Shown: one piece after another, positions 1 to 12,000 of the stretch
Numbering within the stretch: position 1 is the stretch's first letter
Layout of the letters: the number at the start of each line of letters is the position of its first letter
DNA from: a virus
Taxonomy: Duplodnaviria > Caudoviricetes
Reading direction: 5' to 3' (one strand)
IMG/VR virus record: IMGVR_UViG_3300033153_006359
Span: 1-52,818 of that record
DNA length: 52,818 nucleotides
Notes under the pieces: model-generated
What the model saw: only the letters and a program-made list of their open reading frames with translations
What the model was told of the DNA's origin: nothing
Database searches by the model: none
Program-made: the position numbers and the translations under genes

Positions 1-2
1 TA

Positions 3-167
3 ATAATATTCTTATTCCTCTCCGGCTGCTCATGCCAGGATCACAGCAGGAACTTCATCATATATGATAGCGAGGTACTCATAGAAGACATGGAACTACT
101 ACTAGAGAAAGGTAATGAAGAGAGTACAGCTGATAATAAGGGAACACTAAAGGTGGTGCCATGGTAG
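3..167 (+). CDS. partial lipoprotein (3' end), possible outer-membrane spanin
   Basis: Own translation IIFLFLSGCSCQDHSRNF...KVVPW*; hydrophobic stretch plus LSGC lipobox; stop overlaps the next ATG. Confidence 0.5.
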   Translation: MIFLFLSGCSCQDHSRNFIIYDSEVLIEDMELLLEKGNEESTADNKGTLKVVPW

Positions 168-475
168 ACTGGAGTGGAGAAGAGAGGAGAGAGGGGGAGA
201 GGGAACCTAGGAATTGTGGGGATACCTGCGATGAACATGGTATCTTAGCTAATGATGTGAAGTGGATAAGGAATCTAATGGTAGGAGGCTTTACCTTAGT
301 CCTCTCAGCTGTAGTCTATTTTAACATAGCTCTTACTGAGGGTATCAAGGAGATACATGATGAGGTAGTAGCTACAAACTCAGCGTTCCTAAAGAAGAGT
401 ATGGAACACGATTTTGATGTAGCTTCTCTAGCGAATAAAGTAGGTGCTCTGGAGGCTGTTTGTTGTGATAGGTAA
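161..475 (+). CDS. single-TM membrane protein, holin/spanin-like
   Basis: One TM segment (LMVGGFTLVLSAVVYFNIAL); lies next to a lipoprotein gene at the end of the tail module. Confidence 0.45.
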   Translation: MVDWSGEERREGEREPRNCGDTCDEHGILANDVKWIRNLMVGGFTLVLSAVVYFNIALTEGIKEIHDEVVATNSAFLKKSMEHDFDVASLANKVGALEAVCCDR

Positions 476-824
476 GTATAATACTCTAGAGGTCTGTGTT
501 AAGGCTACGGATAAGGCAGGCCAGTGGATAGTGACAGAGGGTATACTCTACAGAGGGATACAGGTTCATGTGGGGCAACTCACTGATGGAGCTAGTATCC
601 CTCTCTTCCTCAGAGGGTTAATACCTAAGGGAGGGCCCTTGTTCTGTCCAGCTGTAATCCATGATACAGCCTACCGTAACGGTCTATTGACTAGAAAGCA
701 GTGTGATGGGCTCTTCCTAAGGGCGATGGAGGATAATCACGTTAATATAGTGAGAAGGAAGATAATATATAGAGCGGTAAGGATCTTCGGCTCCTCTGCT
801 TATAATAAAGAGGAAGACAGATGA
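465..824 (+). CDS. DUF1353-family phage protein
   Basis: TDGASIP...PAVIHDTAY...RKQCDGLFLRAM...IYRAVRIFG pattern; GTG start after GGAGG. Confidence 0.75.
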   Translation: MIGKYNTLEVCVKATDKAGQWIVTEGILYRGIQVHVGQLTDGASIPLFLRGLIPKGGPLFCPAVIHDTAYRNGLLTRKQCDGLFLRAMEDNHVNIVRRKIIYRAVRIFGSSAYNKEEDR

Positions 825-855
825 TATATAAGAAACTTGTAAGGGAGTACAGCTT

Positions 856-2046
856 ATGAACGTAGCACTCACAGTGCCTCCTGTAGCGGGAGCAGTTAAT
901 AATGGGGGGTCTGCTCCAGCAAATGATCCGACTCAACCTGTAGACCCTACAGCGGAGTTACAAGATAGAATAGGGTCCCTAGAGACACAGCTAGCGTACT
1001 CACAGAGTACTAGTCAAGCTAATACTGACGCTTGGAATACAGAGAGAGAGGGTATGCTCACTGATGCTGAGCAGGCTAAGATTACCTCAGAAGGTGCACT
1101 CTCCACATCTCAAGCAGAGACAGCTAGTGCACAAGCAGCTGCAGATGCAGCAGGCCTCTCCCTCGCTGAGTGGCAGGAACGTAACCTTGGTGTAGAGGGT
1201 AAGAGGACTACGTACGATGAGGCTGCTACTAAGGCTGGAGAGGCACAGGATGCCCCAGACTATGCAGGCGTAGATGTAAGTGGTGTAGATACACCAGAGT
1301 TCGATAGATACGATGAGAGTGGTCAGAGTAAGTATATAAGAGATAGTGAGACTGTCAGAGGACAGCTTACAAGCCTACTGGATACAGATAGTAAGTACCT
1401 TGAGCAAGCACGTATCAAGGCGAGAGAAGGGGCACAAGGTAGAGGCATGCTGAATACTAGCGTAGCAGCTGGTGCTGCTGAGCAAGCTGCTATACAAGAG
1501 GGCTTTAAGATTGCAAGCCAAGATGCTAAGGCCTATTCAGATAGTGGCTTGCTGACACAGCAGTCTGCTGATGAGGCAGCTAGTGATGTACACAAGACAG
1601 AGCTTAATAGTGCACTGACGATACAAGAGGCTGGTATAGCTCACCAGAATAAGCAGCTGGACAATGCCTTCCAGGTAGCTGTGAAGGGAATGGATACAGA
1701 GCAGCAAGTACTCTTCAGTGCAGTACAGGATCAGTACAATACTAATCAGGCACAGATTAAGGCTAAGATAGATAAGGACTTACTGACTATGGATCATGAT
1801 AGTAAGACTAAGTTAGCTGCACAGAGTTCCTTTAATACTATCCTTGTAAACGACAGTATGACATGGGAGAAGATGATGCTGGATGGAACTATACAGGAGC
1901 TGATGGCTACTAATCCGGCAGCAGTGAATGCACTATACGATAACCTGCACACGCAGACAGTCAACAAGCTGACCTTTACAGCTAACTCTCTGAATCTTAA
2001 TATGACTAACCAGATAGATGCGATAGCTCTAGGCTTCGGTATATAA
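856..2046 (+). CDS. putative virion protein, Ala/Gln-rich coiled coil
   Basis: 396-aa ORF with SD; helical composition; precedes ejection-protein cluster. Confidence 0.55.
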   Translation: MNVALTVPPVAGAVNNGGSAPANDPTQPVDPTAELQDRIGSLETQLAYSQSTSQANTDAWNTEREGMLTDAEQAKITSEGALSTSQAETASAQAAADAAGLSLAEWQERNLGVEGKRTTYDEAATKAGEAQDAPDYAGVDVSGVDTPEFDRYDESGQSKYIRDSETVRGQLTSLLDTDSKYLEQARIKAREGAQGRGMLNTSVAAGAAEQAAIQEGFKIASQDAKAYSDSGLLTQQSADEAASDVHKTELNSALTIQEAGIAHQNKQLDNAFQVAVKGMDTEQQVLFSAVQDQYNTNQAQIKAKIDKDLLTMDHDSKTKLAAQSSFNTILVNDSMTWEKMMLDGTIQELMATNPAAVNALYDNLHTQTVNKLTFTANSLNLNMTNQIDAIALGFGI

Positions 2047-2459
2047 TGAAGGAAGCTACTATACTAGATCTGGGTGAGATAGCAGATATTATGAGTGCGT
2101 ATGAGGGTAGAGATTGCTATGAGTACGTTGGTCATACTCTTAGGGAGCCTACCTTCCACTGGTTCTTCTCAGAGAGATTGAATAGTGCAGTGCTGTATGT
2201 ACCAGAGGATAATGATAGGTACCAGATACACATCTATGGTACTGGCACTGGATCCTCTCTAGCGAAGTTCTCCATTAAGACAGGAGCGTATATGCTAGAC
2301 TTAGGAGCACGTACACTAATCAACTGGGTACGAGAGGATCAGCTACAGTTACGCTTGTTCATGCGTATGATCAAGGCACATAGAGTAGCTAATGTAAATG
2401 GTGAGATACTATATGCTCACACACAAGACGATAGAGAAAGAATGATGGAGGTTATATAA
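2046..2459 (+). CDS. GNAT-fold-like protein (T7 gp13-like position)
   Basis: N-terminus KEATILDL resembles GNAT start; size and position before ejection proteins. Confidence 0.4.
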   Translation: MKEATILDLGEIADIMSAYEGRDCYEYVGHTLREPTFHWFFSERLNSAVLYVPEDNDRYQIHIYGTGTGSSLAKFSIKTGAYMLDLGARTLINWVREDQLQLRLFMRMIKAHRVANVNGEILYAHTQDDRERMMEVI

Positions 2460-3250
2460 TGGCAGTTGGAGCAGGGTTCGCATATGTAGGAGTAGCACTA
2501 GGTGCCTCAGGCACAGCAGCATACGTAGTAGGTGTAGCTGTAGTAGCTGCCGTAGGTGCTGTAGTAGGTGGCTTAATCTCTGCGGTCTCTGGAGGGGACA
2601 TCGGAGAGGGTATGCTTTACGGAGCTGTAGGTGCTGTAGCAGCAGTAGGAGTAGTTGGTGCCCTCGGTGGCTTCGGTTCAGCTACATACTCTACATCTGG
2701 TGTAGGGGTGACAGGTGAGGGAGTTACAGGTGTCTCAGGTGGCTGGGCAACAGGAGCAACTAGTGCTGGGGCTAAGGGGGTTACAGCAGACACATTAGGA
2801 TCCCTAGGAGTATCAACAGGATCTACATCAGGAGGTGCCGGAGGTTCCCTGATATCCGGAGGAGAGTCTTTAGGCACTCAACTAGTAGTTGGAGGTCTTA
2901 AGGGTGGCTTTGATTATGTACAGGCATCTGAGGCTGCTGATGAGGCTGCTGATGAGGCAGAGAAGAACAGAGCTGCAGCCGTAGTCAAGCAGGATAAAGA
3001 CTTAGCTAATCGTCTAGCCATAGCTCGTGCAGCCAAGGGGCCAGAGTTCTTCCTTAATGAGAAGACAGCTCTTAGGCAGACAGAGACAGATCAGAGGATT
3101 AAGGAGTATGATGCTAAGGTAGCTACTGATGTAGGTACAAGAGGAGAGCAAGTCTCTCAATTAGGAGAGGGAGTGCTACAGTTGAAGGGAGCTACAAGAT
3201 CTCAGAGTACAAGTGGTAGTGACCTTGGTGATGTAGAGAGGACTGTGTAA
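2459..3250 (+). CDS. internal virion/DNA ejection protein with Gly-rich hydrophobic N-terminus
   Basis: GxxxG-rich hydrophobic segments followed by a charged helix, typical of podovirus pilot proteins. Confidence 0.6.
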   Translation: MAVGAGFAYVGVALGASGTAAYVVGVAVVAAVGAVVGGLISAVSGGDIGEGMLYGAVGAVAAVGVVGALGGFGSATYSTSGVGVTGEGVTGVSGGWATGATSAGAKGVTADTLGSLGVSTGSTSGGAGGSLISGGESLGTQLVVGGLKGGFDYVQASEAADEAADEAEKNRAAAVVKQDKDLANRLAIARAAKGPEFFLNEKTALRQTETDQRIKEYDAKVATDVGTRGEQVSQLGEGVLQLKGATRSQSTSGSDLGDVERTV

Positions 3251-4332
3251 TGGCTACAGTAACCCCAGAGAGAGTAGCTACTGGTTCCGGTAGGACTGAT
3301 AGAGGCGGTAGAGATACGATAACTCAAGGTACATCCAGAGGAGACAGAGGTGGTGTACTTGGTGGAGATAAGAATACATCTACGAATTATAGGAAGGACT
3401 TAGGCTTCGTCACAGATGATCAGCAGTACGCAGGGATACTTAAGAGTAATGCAGAGTTCGATAGTGCTATCAGCTCTTCTCAAGGTACTGTAGATGCTGC
3501 TCAAGGTGAGTTAGATACTAAGAGGGATGAGGCTGTCTCTGCACTCGGTGGTGGTAACTCTATAGCAGCAACAGAGTTCAGAGACCTCTTTAAGAAGCCA
3601 GCAGGTTTAACATCCAGTATGACTTCGCTAGAGAGAATCGGTACTGATGTAGCTCAGTGGAATGAGAAGGTCTTTGGCGGAGGGGCCACCAGTGTGACCA
3701 CAGGAAGCACTGCACCTACAGCAGCGGATAACGCTATAGCAGCAGCTGATAAGGAGAGGGAGGCTAGGGCAGCAGCAGGTGGTAGTGTCTCTCTAACGGC
3801 TCCAGAGTACAATGCTATCAATGCATACAAGAGGGCAGCCCAGAACGTCATACCTGTCAACGTGTACTCAGGGGAGACTGGTGCACTAGAGACAACTATA
3901 AATATGAATAGAGAATTGCTGCATACTCTAGCAGTTAAGTCCTTCCATGGTATGGACAATACATTCCAAGGCTTCTATAAGGATAAGGATGGTAAGGTGA
4001 CTACAGATCCTCTTAAGGCTACTGGGTACCATATCTCCGGTCATATCCCTGAGGCTGGTATCAATATGAATAAGGAGCTGTACGAAGGACTGCAGTACGC
4101 TAATGATACATGGAGGCGTGGGTACCTTATTAAGGCACTAGAGAGTAGCACAGAGGCCTACAATACATCTGTGTCTTCTATAGAATCTGGATACGCTACA
4201 GAGATGGAAGGTATCAATGAGGCACAGGGTTTAATTACTGCAGCTACAGATGATAGACGAGCAGAGTTCGATCAATACAAGAGCAGACACCAGAGAAGAT
4301 TGCAAGGTCTCTCAAATCTGATGGGAGCATAA
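3250..4332 (+). CDS. putative internal virion protein
   Basis: 360-aa ORF, TAATG-coupled in the ejection cluster. Confidence 0.5.
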   Translation: MATVTPERVATGSGRTDRGGRDTITQGTSRGDRGGVLGGDKNTSTNYRKDLGFVTDDQQYAGILKSNAEFDSAISSSQGTVDAAQGELDTKRDEAVSALGGGNSIAATEFRDLFKKPAGLTSSMTSLERIGTDVAQWNEKVFGGGATSVTTGSTAPTAADNAIAAADKEREARAAAGGSVSLTAPEYNAINAYKRAAQNVIPVNVYSGETGALETTINMNRELLHTLAVKSFHGMDNTFQGFYKDKDGKVTTDPLKATGYHISGHIPEAGINMNKELYEGLQYANDTWRRGYLIKALESSTEAYNTSVSSIESGYATEMEGINEAQGLITAATDDRRAEFDQYKSRHQRRLQGLSNLMGA

Positions 4333-4333
4333 T

Positions 4334-5032
4334 ATGGAAGGGCAGCAAGTAGAAGCAGTGAAGACGATGAGAGGCGAGGAAGAGGTTAATAGACCACTAG
4401 AGGCGGAGCAGCCAGAGCTACCACCAGAGGTTAAGAAGGAAGCAGACCAGTATACCTCCATCCTATCTAAGCTGATGCATAGTAAGGATACGAAGGCTCA
4501 GATATACGAGATGCTCCAAGCTGGTGATCCTATGGAGACTATACCTCAGACAGCTAGTGCTATTAATATGCAAGGAGAGGCACTGTATAAGAGGAATAAT
4601 CCTAAGCTATCATTAGATGCCCTCTTCATTGGTGCACAGTTCCTCGTAATAGATCTAGTAGAGATTGGGAATACAGGTGGATTCTTCGAGGTTAATATGG
4701 AAGATGAGAAGGTAGCTGAGGTATTGCTGAAGAACACTATCCAGCCATATGTAGAGCAGGGACTGAAGGATGGTACTATAGATCCTATCGAGCTGCAGGA
4801 GAAGGTTGAGCCACTGATGAAGAACATAGGTGGTGCAGAGGATGTACGAAAGGAAGCTGAGGCTAATGGGATGCCTATGGAACCTGGAGTAGATGCTGCT
4901 ATGGAGGCGTACCGGAAGGAAGGTGTTATGCAGGAGAGAAGTAAGGTTGATAAGATGAAGCAGAGTGAGAGACAAGGACAAGTAGTTGAAGGTGCTAAGG
5001 AGAATGCTCAGGCACAGGGGGTACTACGATGA
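4334..5032 (+). CDS. hypothetical acidic protein of the virion module
   Basis: 232-aa ORF, GGGAG SD, coupled to neighbours. Confidence 0.55.
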   Translation: MEGQQVEAVKTMRGEEEVNRPLEAEQPELPPEVKKEADQYTSILSKLMHSKDTKAQIYEMLQAGDPMETIPQTASAINMQGEALYKRNNPKLSLDALFIGAQFLVIDLVEIGNTGGFFEVNMEDEKVAEVLLKNTIQPYVEQGLKDGTIDPIELQEKVEPLMKNIGGAEDVRKEAEANGMPMEPGVDAAMEAYRKEGVMQERSKVDKMKQSERQGQVVEGAKENAQAQGVLR

Positions 5033-6003
5033 GTGCATTAGGTGGAATCCTCTCGGTTATGTCGGGAGCAGGTACAGGGTATAATGAGGCCCTGCAGAGA
5101 CAATATGATCAACAGCAGAAGTCCCAGGAATCACAGCTACTCGCTGAGAGAGCGACAGCTATGGAAGAGCTACGTGCTAAGAACCAGATGGATAGGACTA
5201 AGTACACTACAGATGCTAGTGGAGTACAAAGGGAGTCTGATAGAATCTCTAGAGAAGGACAAGCTAAGCTGAATAGAGAGGCAACAGCCAGTAATATACA
5301 GACGAGAGCTGATGTTAACTTGCAAGCAGGTAAGGATCTCGAAGATTATAAGATGGAGAATATCCAAGAGTGGACTGTTAAGAAGGCTGATGCTAACTTT
5401 GAGGCTGCTGATAAGATGATCGAGAAGAACTTAGAAGCTAAGGGGCTAGAGAAAGGCACAGCAGAGTTCGAGCAGGCTAAGCAAGATATCTATAATAAGA
5501 ATAAGGAGTCCTTAACAGAGGAACAAAGAGCAGACTTAAAGATGAAAGCAGGTACACTAGCTCAAAAGTTTATTAAGGAGGATCCTGATTGGGTAGAGAA
5601 GAAGGCTAAGGAGTACGCCCGAAAGTACCCTGAGATATACGGGAAAGATGCTGTGCCTACAGAGGATCAAGTACTCGGGCACTTTGCTGATAGCATGATG
5701 CTTACTAAGGGTTTTGAGGTAGCTGGCTCAGGGCCTGTGAGACCAGCAGGACAGAGTGAGGTTGACGTAGCTATCAAGGCAGTTCAAGCTGGTGATGAGA
5801 AGGTGGCAGAGGAACAGTTAGCAACTCGTATTGGTGCTAAGAAAGCTAAAGAGGTCTTCGATCAAGCTAAGAGAACAGAGGCTGTATCAGGAGCTACCTT
5901 AACTAGAAGAGAGCTACCTATGACAGAACGTAAGAGTGGAAGTGGTACGCTTAGTACACCTGAGGAAGAGGCTGGTGTACTCCAGAAGTGGGAGGTACAA
6001 TAA
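5029..6003 (+). CDS. internal virion/DNA ejection protein
   Basis: MSALGGILSVMSGAGTGY start then long Q/E/K helical region. Confidence 0.6.
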   Translation: MSALGGILSVMSGAGTGYNEALQRQYDQQQKSQESQLLAERATAMEELRAKNQMDRTKYTTDASGVQRESDRISREGQAKLNREATASNIQTRADVNLQAGKDLEDYKMENIQEWTVKKADANFEAADKMIEKNLEAKGLEKGTAEFEQAKQDIYNKNKESLTEEQRADLKMKAGTLAQKFIKEDPDWVEKKAKEYARKYPEIYGKDAVPTEDQVLGHFADSMMLTKGFEVAGSGPVRPAGQSEVDVAIKAVQAGDEKVAEEQLATRIGAKKAKEVFDQAKRTEAVSGATLTRRELPMTERKSGSGTLSTPEEEAGVLQKWEVQ

Positions 6004-6004
6004 T

Positions 6005-9000
6005 ATGGCAGTAGATTACTATAGTTACTTAGATACAGGGGAGTCAGAGGTTGAGTCTTCTGACTCCCCTGATTACTTTGGATACCTTGATACAGAGAAG
6101 AAGGAAGAGGAAGCTGCTAAGGGTTTGAGTTGGACTGATGATAGTAGGGGCTTCTTCTCTGACTTCGCTAGTGAGGTATGGAGAAGTACTGGGAGTGCTC
6201 TCGAGAGTACAGGTAGAGGTATAGAGACTTTCTCTGGTGGAGAGTATGGAGAGGGCCTACGTAATGCTGGTGAGTGGATCCAAGGTACTGAGTATGCTAA
6301 GCAGGATTATGAGGAAGCTACAGGACAAGAGGGGGCTATTAAGACCTTCGCTAGAGATGTTGTAGGTACTATTACAGAGTCCTTCGTAGGCACTGGTACA
6401 GCAGCTGCTGTAGGTGGAGCTATCTCCGGAGGTAATCCCTTCGTAGCAGGTGCAGCAGGACTTGCTCAGTTAATCACACAGTTCGGTGGCGGTACTTACT
6501 CTGAGTTGATGGAGACTGGTGCAGCAGAGGGGCTCTCTGGTGAGCAGTTACATACATACGCTAAGAACGGAGCCCTCTGGGAAGTCATACCAGAGCTAGG
6601 TGATCAGATAGTCACAGTACTCTCAGCAGGTTTACTTGGCCCAGCGATGAAGGGTGGACGTAAGGCGTTACAAGCTGCTCTTAAGGCAGGCACCATCTCT
6701 GCTGATGATATAGTGAAGGGTATAGCTAAGGCAGAGGCTAAGGCTGGCTATAAGGCTGTAGCTGGTTCAGCTGTACTCGGTGGTACCACTGAGGTAATCA
6801 CATCTCTCGGTCAAGGGTACGAGAGGGAGAAGGTAGGTCTTGAGAAGCATGATGAGAACTATGCACGTACATGGTTACTCGGTGCTGTATCCTCTGGTGG
6901 GCCTGCTGTACTGGGTAGAGCTTATGTTAACAGTGAGAATAAGAAGAGAACTACGCAGGAGCTAAGAGTACTCAATAGTGATAATGCAGAAGTACGTACT
7001 ATAGCTGCTGAGAACATATACTCTAAGATAGAGTCTGTAGATAAGGAGTCTGCTGAGGACTTCCTCACAGTCGCTAAGGAGTCTATAGAGCAGGGTGTAC
7101 CTATTGATACCTCCGCTACATTTACAGCCCTCTACGAGGACGCTAGCACTGCACGATTGAATGCTGAGTGGACAGCTAGAGAGGAGGCTCAAGAGGTACG
7201 AGCTAATAAGCCAGAGGAGCTGCTAGACGATCGGAGTACTAATGAGGTACTGGAGAAAGAGATGGAACTCGCTAGCGAGGAGCAGATTAAGCAGGAGTCC
7301 CTCATCCTCTTTGATGAGTTGCAAGGTAAGAGAAGAGTACAGGAGAAGGAAGATAGCTTACGAGCGGAGCAGGCAAGAGGACAACTAGGTACAAAGTATG
7401 CTACCGTAGAACCTACAGCTAGAGATGATCAGGAAGCACTAACACGTACATACGATCCAGAAGTACCTGGAGAGGGGCCCACAGAGGCCCAGAGGATCAG
7501 CAGAGGACAAGCTGTACCCAGTGATATTAGCTCAGCAGTACCTTATGTACCTGCTGGTAGAACTAGACCCTTAGTACCTAAGGATGCTCATGAGAGAACT
7601 ATATCTTACTGGTCTCAGCCTAGAGAGACTAGAGAGATGCAAGCGGATGCACCAGAGGTGCCAGTGGAGAACTTCAGTGCTGCTATAGAGAGAGTAAGCC
7701 CTGTCCATAAGACTGCACTGATACAAGCCGCAGGTGAGATAGAGTCTAAGAAGGCTGAGTTAGAGCAAGCTACTACTATTGATGAGATAGATGAGAAGCA
7801 TAATGAGATAGATAAGCTTACGAAGAAAGTAGATAAGGTAGTACAGAAGGCTGTACCTGCAGAGGAGCTTGAGCAATTAGCTAAGGTAGCAGAGGAGCAG
7901 GAGGCTGTATCTTATACAGCTGCTGATGAGATAGATGTAGTTCCGGAGGAGATGGAAGAGGATACAAAGGTACTACCAGAGATCTATGAGAATGAGAAGG
8001 GAGAACAGGTAGAGACTCTTGAGAGTACAGAGATAGGCTCTATCGAGGTAGAGTATAATAAGGAGACAGGGAAGCAGAAGGGTAGCCGTTTCATAGTAAC
8101 TCTCAAGGAGACTGGAGAGGAGATAGTAGTGCGTGGTCGCTCTGCTGCTGATGAGATACTGAGGACTGGACAGAGACCAGAGGTAGTAAGGACTAAGGGT
8201 ACTAAGAAGGTATCTAAGGCTGATAGAGCTAAGTTAATCGGTAAGCTTACAGAGCTGGAGGAGAGTGTAGTAGATTATCTCTCTAGTGCCTTTAACCCTA
8301 AAGGAGATGTATATAAGTATATAGCTATAAAGAATCAAGTACTTCTTAATAGAGGTAAGAATGTTAATGTAAGTGATTATACTGATAAGTCTATAATTGC
8401 TGATGCTAAGCAGTTGAGTAGGAAGGTAGCTACATCACAGAGTGAGATGAAGGCTGCTAGTGAGGCAGGCTTCGGAGGCTCTGGTGCTCCGTTGTCCTCT
8501 CTAGAGAAGGAAGATGGGGCTCCAGTTGAGGATAGCTATATCTCAGATACCGAGTATGGTGCTCGTACAGATGAGGGTAAGGAGCAAGACCAAGGAGAGC
8601 TTACGGAGGAGCAGCAAGTACAAGAGGAAGGTGCAGTAACAGATACACAGGAACTTGCTACTACAGAGGAAGAGCAGGCTACAACTGAAGGTGCACCTAC
8701 TAGATCTACAGCTACAGTAGAGAAGGAACATACTCAGGAGAAGGGTAAGCGTAAGAGGTTCGTAAGCCCAGCGGGTGCTGACTACCATATCAGTGAGGGG
8801 CTTGATCAAGTCTACAGGATTGAGAGTGAGCTTACTGATAGTGGCAGGAAGTATAAGGGTAAGCCTATTATGGTAGCTAAGCAGGCTCTTAAGGATGCAG
8901 ATGGGAATACCGTAGGAACCTTTAATACTATTGAGGAAGCAGCAGGATCCATAGGTGCCAGTGTAGGTGAGAGGGATGTACAGGACTTCGATCTAGATCA

Positions 9001-12000
9001 GTCTATATCCCTAGAGGATGTACAGGCTCAGCTAGATGAGGAACTTGCTCAAGAGAGTCCACTTACGGAGAGAGGAGAGGAGCTTAAGCAGGTACAGAAT
9101 GCTTGGCAAGGTCTCCAGTTAATCATACGAGAAGGGACTACGCTAGAGAAGAAGCTTGCTAAGATGCTTAGGAGAGCCATAGCTCAAGAGAACTTAGTAG
9201 GTATACCCTTTGGTGAGAGCGATGGTACACAGGTTAGCAGATGGACTGGCTCAGAGGTTATATTAGGTCTAGGTACTCTTCGAGGAGAGAACTATGGCTC
9301 TGTACTGCATGAGATAGTACATAGTCTTACATCTAATAAGCTTAGAGAGAGTGCAGAGTTAGCTAGAGAGGTACAACAGTTAATGGAGGCTTCCCTAGAG
9401 AGTCTACCTCCAGCTGTACGTAATACTGTAGCTAGGATGCAGGAGCTACGTCAACAGTTCCCAGATAATACAGACTTCGCTAGGGCCATGAGAGGTCTTG
9501 GTGACGAGGTAGGTTCTGAGCACTTTGAGTTAGCTTACGGACATCTTAATGAGAGGGAGTTCCTTGCGAATACCTTTAATAAGGAGAGTATGCAAGCTCA
9601 TCTTAAGAGCGTGGAAGGTACTGGCTTCCTCAGGAACCTATATGATAGCTTTATAGATATGGTGAGGAACGCTCTAGGACTTGCACCAGACGCTGATACT
9701 CTGCTTAATGATGTACTGGCTAAGACACTGGATATAGCACGCCAGGAGACTAGCAGAGAGGACTTAGCTGTACAAGATGCTAAGGATAATATTAAGAATC
9801 TAGCTATAGAGAATGTAGAGACTGTCCAGATGAGTAAGGATAAGTTCCTCTCTCTTGCAACCTCTGGTCAGAAGAAGATAGATGAGATAAGAGAGGAAGG
9901 CTTTGTAGAGAGAGGTGATGGTTCTGAGTATATGGAAGGAGAGGAAGCATCCTTTATATACGATGAGGTTGAAGCTGAGAAGAGTCCTTACCCATACTTA
10001 GTGATAGATAAGAAAGGTAAGACAGTAGGGCATGAAGGGAGACATAGAGCTATCTTCGGGCCAGAGCAGATGGATGTAACCTTATTGTACAAGGGTGATA
10101 AGGTAGATGTAGAGAGTATTAAGCCACAGTTTGATGATCTTGATATAGATACCTCTGATCCAGTAAGTAGATCTGCAGTAGAGACAGCTACAGATATTAA
10201 AGATAGTATGATGGGTACCTTTAAGGATGTAGCTAAGAGGTATGTAACACCTATCAGTGATAGACTTAATCAGATAGCTCCTGATCTTAGCTTACGCTTA
10301 AGTAAGATGGACTCTACTGTAGCTCGTAGAGTAGCTAAGACATTCTATGATGCTAATGAGTTCGAGGATCAAGTTAAGGAGAAGTTCAGTACCTTAGAGT
10401 TCAAGCGATTCTCTTATCTCTTACAGAAGGCATCTCAGAATAGTATTAGACAGGCTAAGGATATGGCTAAGGCTGCTGGTGTAGATATGTCGGAGGTATG
10501 GGATAGCTTAGCAGTACTGAGGCAGGATATGTATGATGTAGAGTTACTCAGTGCTGATAAGATGGACAAGGAGTACTTCCCTAGACTCGTTAAGGATATA
10601 GAGGGATTACATGATTACTATGATAAGATAGGAGTACTGCCAGAGATTAAGAAGAAGCTACAAGAGAAGGGTATAGAGCCTACTGAGGAGAATATAGCTG
10701 CCATTATGTCAGATACTCTCGGCAAGGGAGGATATCCTGCACTGCTAGGTAAGCCCGGATCTTCTAAGGCTAGGAACATACGTAAGTTTGAGGAGGAGAT
10801 GTCTCAGTTCTACCACTCTCCCTTTGATGCATTACGAGCTAGTAGTGAGGATGCTATCAATGCTGTAGAACAACATAAGTTAGTAGGTAAGTCTCGTCGT
10901 CTCTCGCTAGAGAGTAAGATAGCTAGACTAGAGAAGAGTCTTGAGACTGAGAGTGATCCTAGGGAAGTACTAAGGATGAAGGAAGACCTTAAGGATCTGC
11001 ATGAGAAGCTGGTAGAACCAGAGGAGATCAGTAAGGCTGGTATAGGTAACTTCTTAAGAGAGAATGGGATCGTAGGGCCAGAGCAGAGAGAGGTAAGGGA
11101 TATGCTGTATGCTAGGTTCAATGAGAGAGGTATGTCAGAGAACATGAGGATGCTTAAGCATACTACCTTAGCTATGACTCTACTGAATCCCACTACTGCT
11201 ATTAAGCAGGTAGCTGATATAGGTATAGCTATCTCTGAGAGAGGGCTTAAGAATACACTAAGTGCACTGAAGGGTATCATGAGTAGAGATGATAGCTTCG
11301 ATCTGTATGAGATGGGTATCCAGCAGTACATCATGGAGCATGGAGAGAGACAGGATCGTACCTCTCAGCTACTCGATAGGGGCTTTAGTATCTCTGGGTT
11401 CAAGATGATGGATTCCTTTGGTAAGCAGATAAGTTATATGTCTAGTCTTAAGGAGATGCAAGGATTAAGTAGAGAAGAGTTCACTAAGAAGCATAAGGAT
11501 CTTAAGAGTATCAAGGATGTAGATGGACTGTATGATAAGTTGCAGAAGGGAGACCTTAGCGATACTGATGTACAGGACTTTATGACTTATAAGGTAGCTC
11601 AACTACAACCTCTCTTCCTCTCTCAGATGTCTGAGAAGATGCTTACTGCTGGTAATGCTAGAGTCTTTGGTATGCTCTTACAGTATGCACTGAGGAGATT
11701 AGGTATGATAAGTACACATATAGCAGAGCTTAAGAAGGAAGGTGGTGTAATGGCTACTGTACCTTATGTAGCTAAGTTGATAGTTGTACTGACAGCTGCG
11801 GAGTATAGTGCTGAGTGTATAGCTGGCATCATCTCTGGTAAGCCTTGTAAGGATATGATGGAACAACTAGAGAAGACTGCCTTCAACATGGTTCTCTTAG
11901 ATAGATTTACTATAGATAGTATGATTAAAGGTAATGTAGCTCAAGGTGCAATGTCCTTGTCTGGTGCCAGTGCTATCGAGTCTATGGATACAATCTTCAA

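Noticed and set aside
5936-6004. GTG start extension of the giant protein
   Set aside because: Overlaps the upstream gene; GGAGG supports ATG 6005
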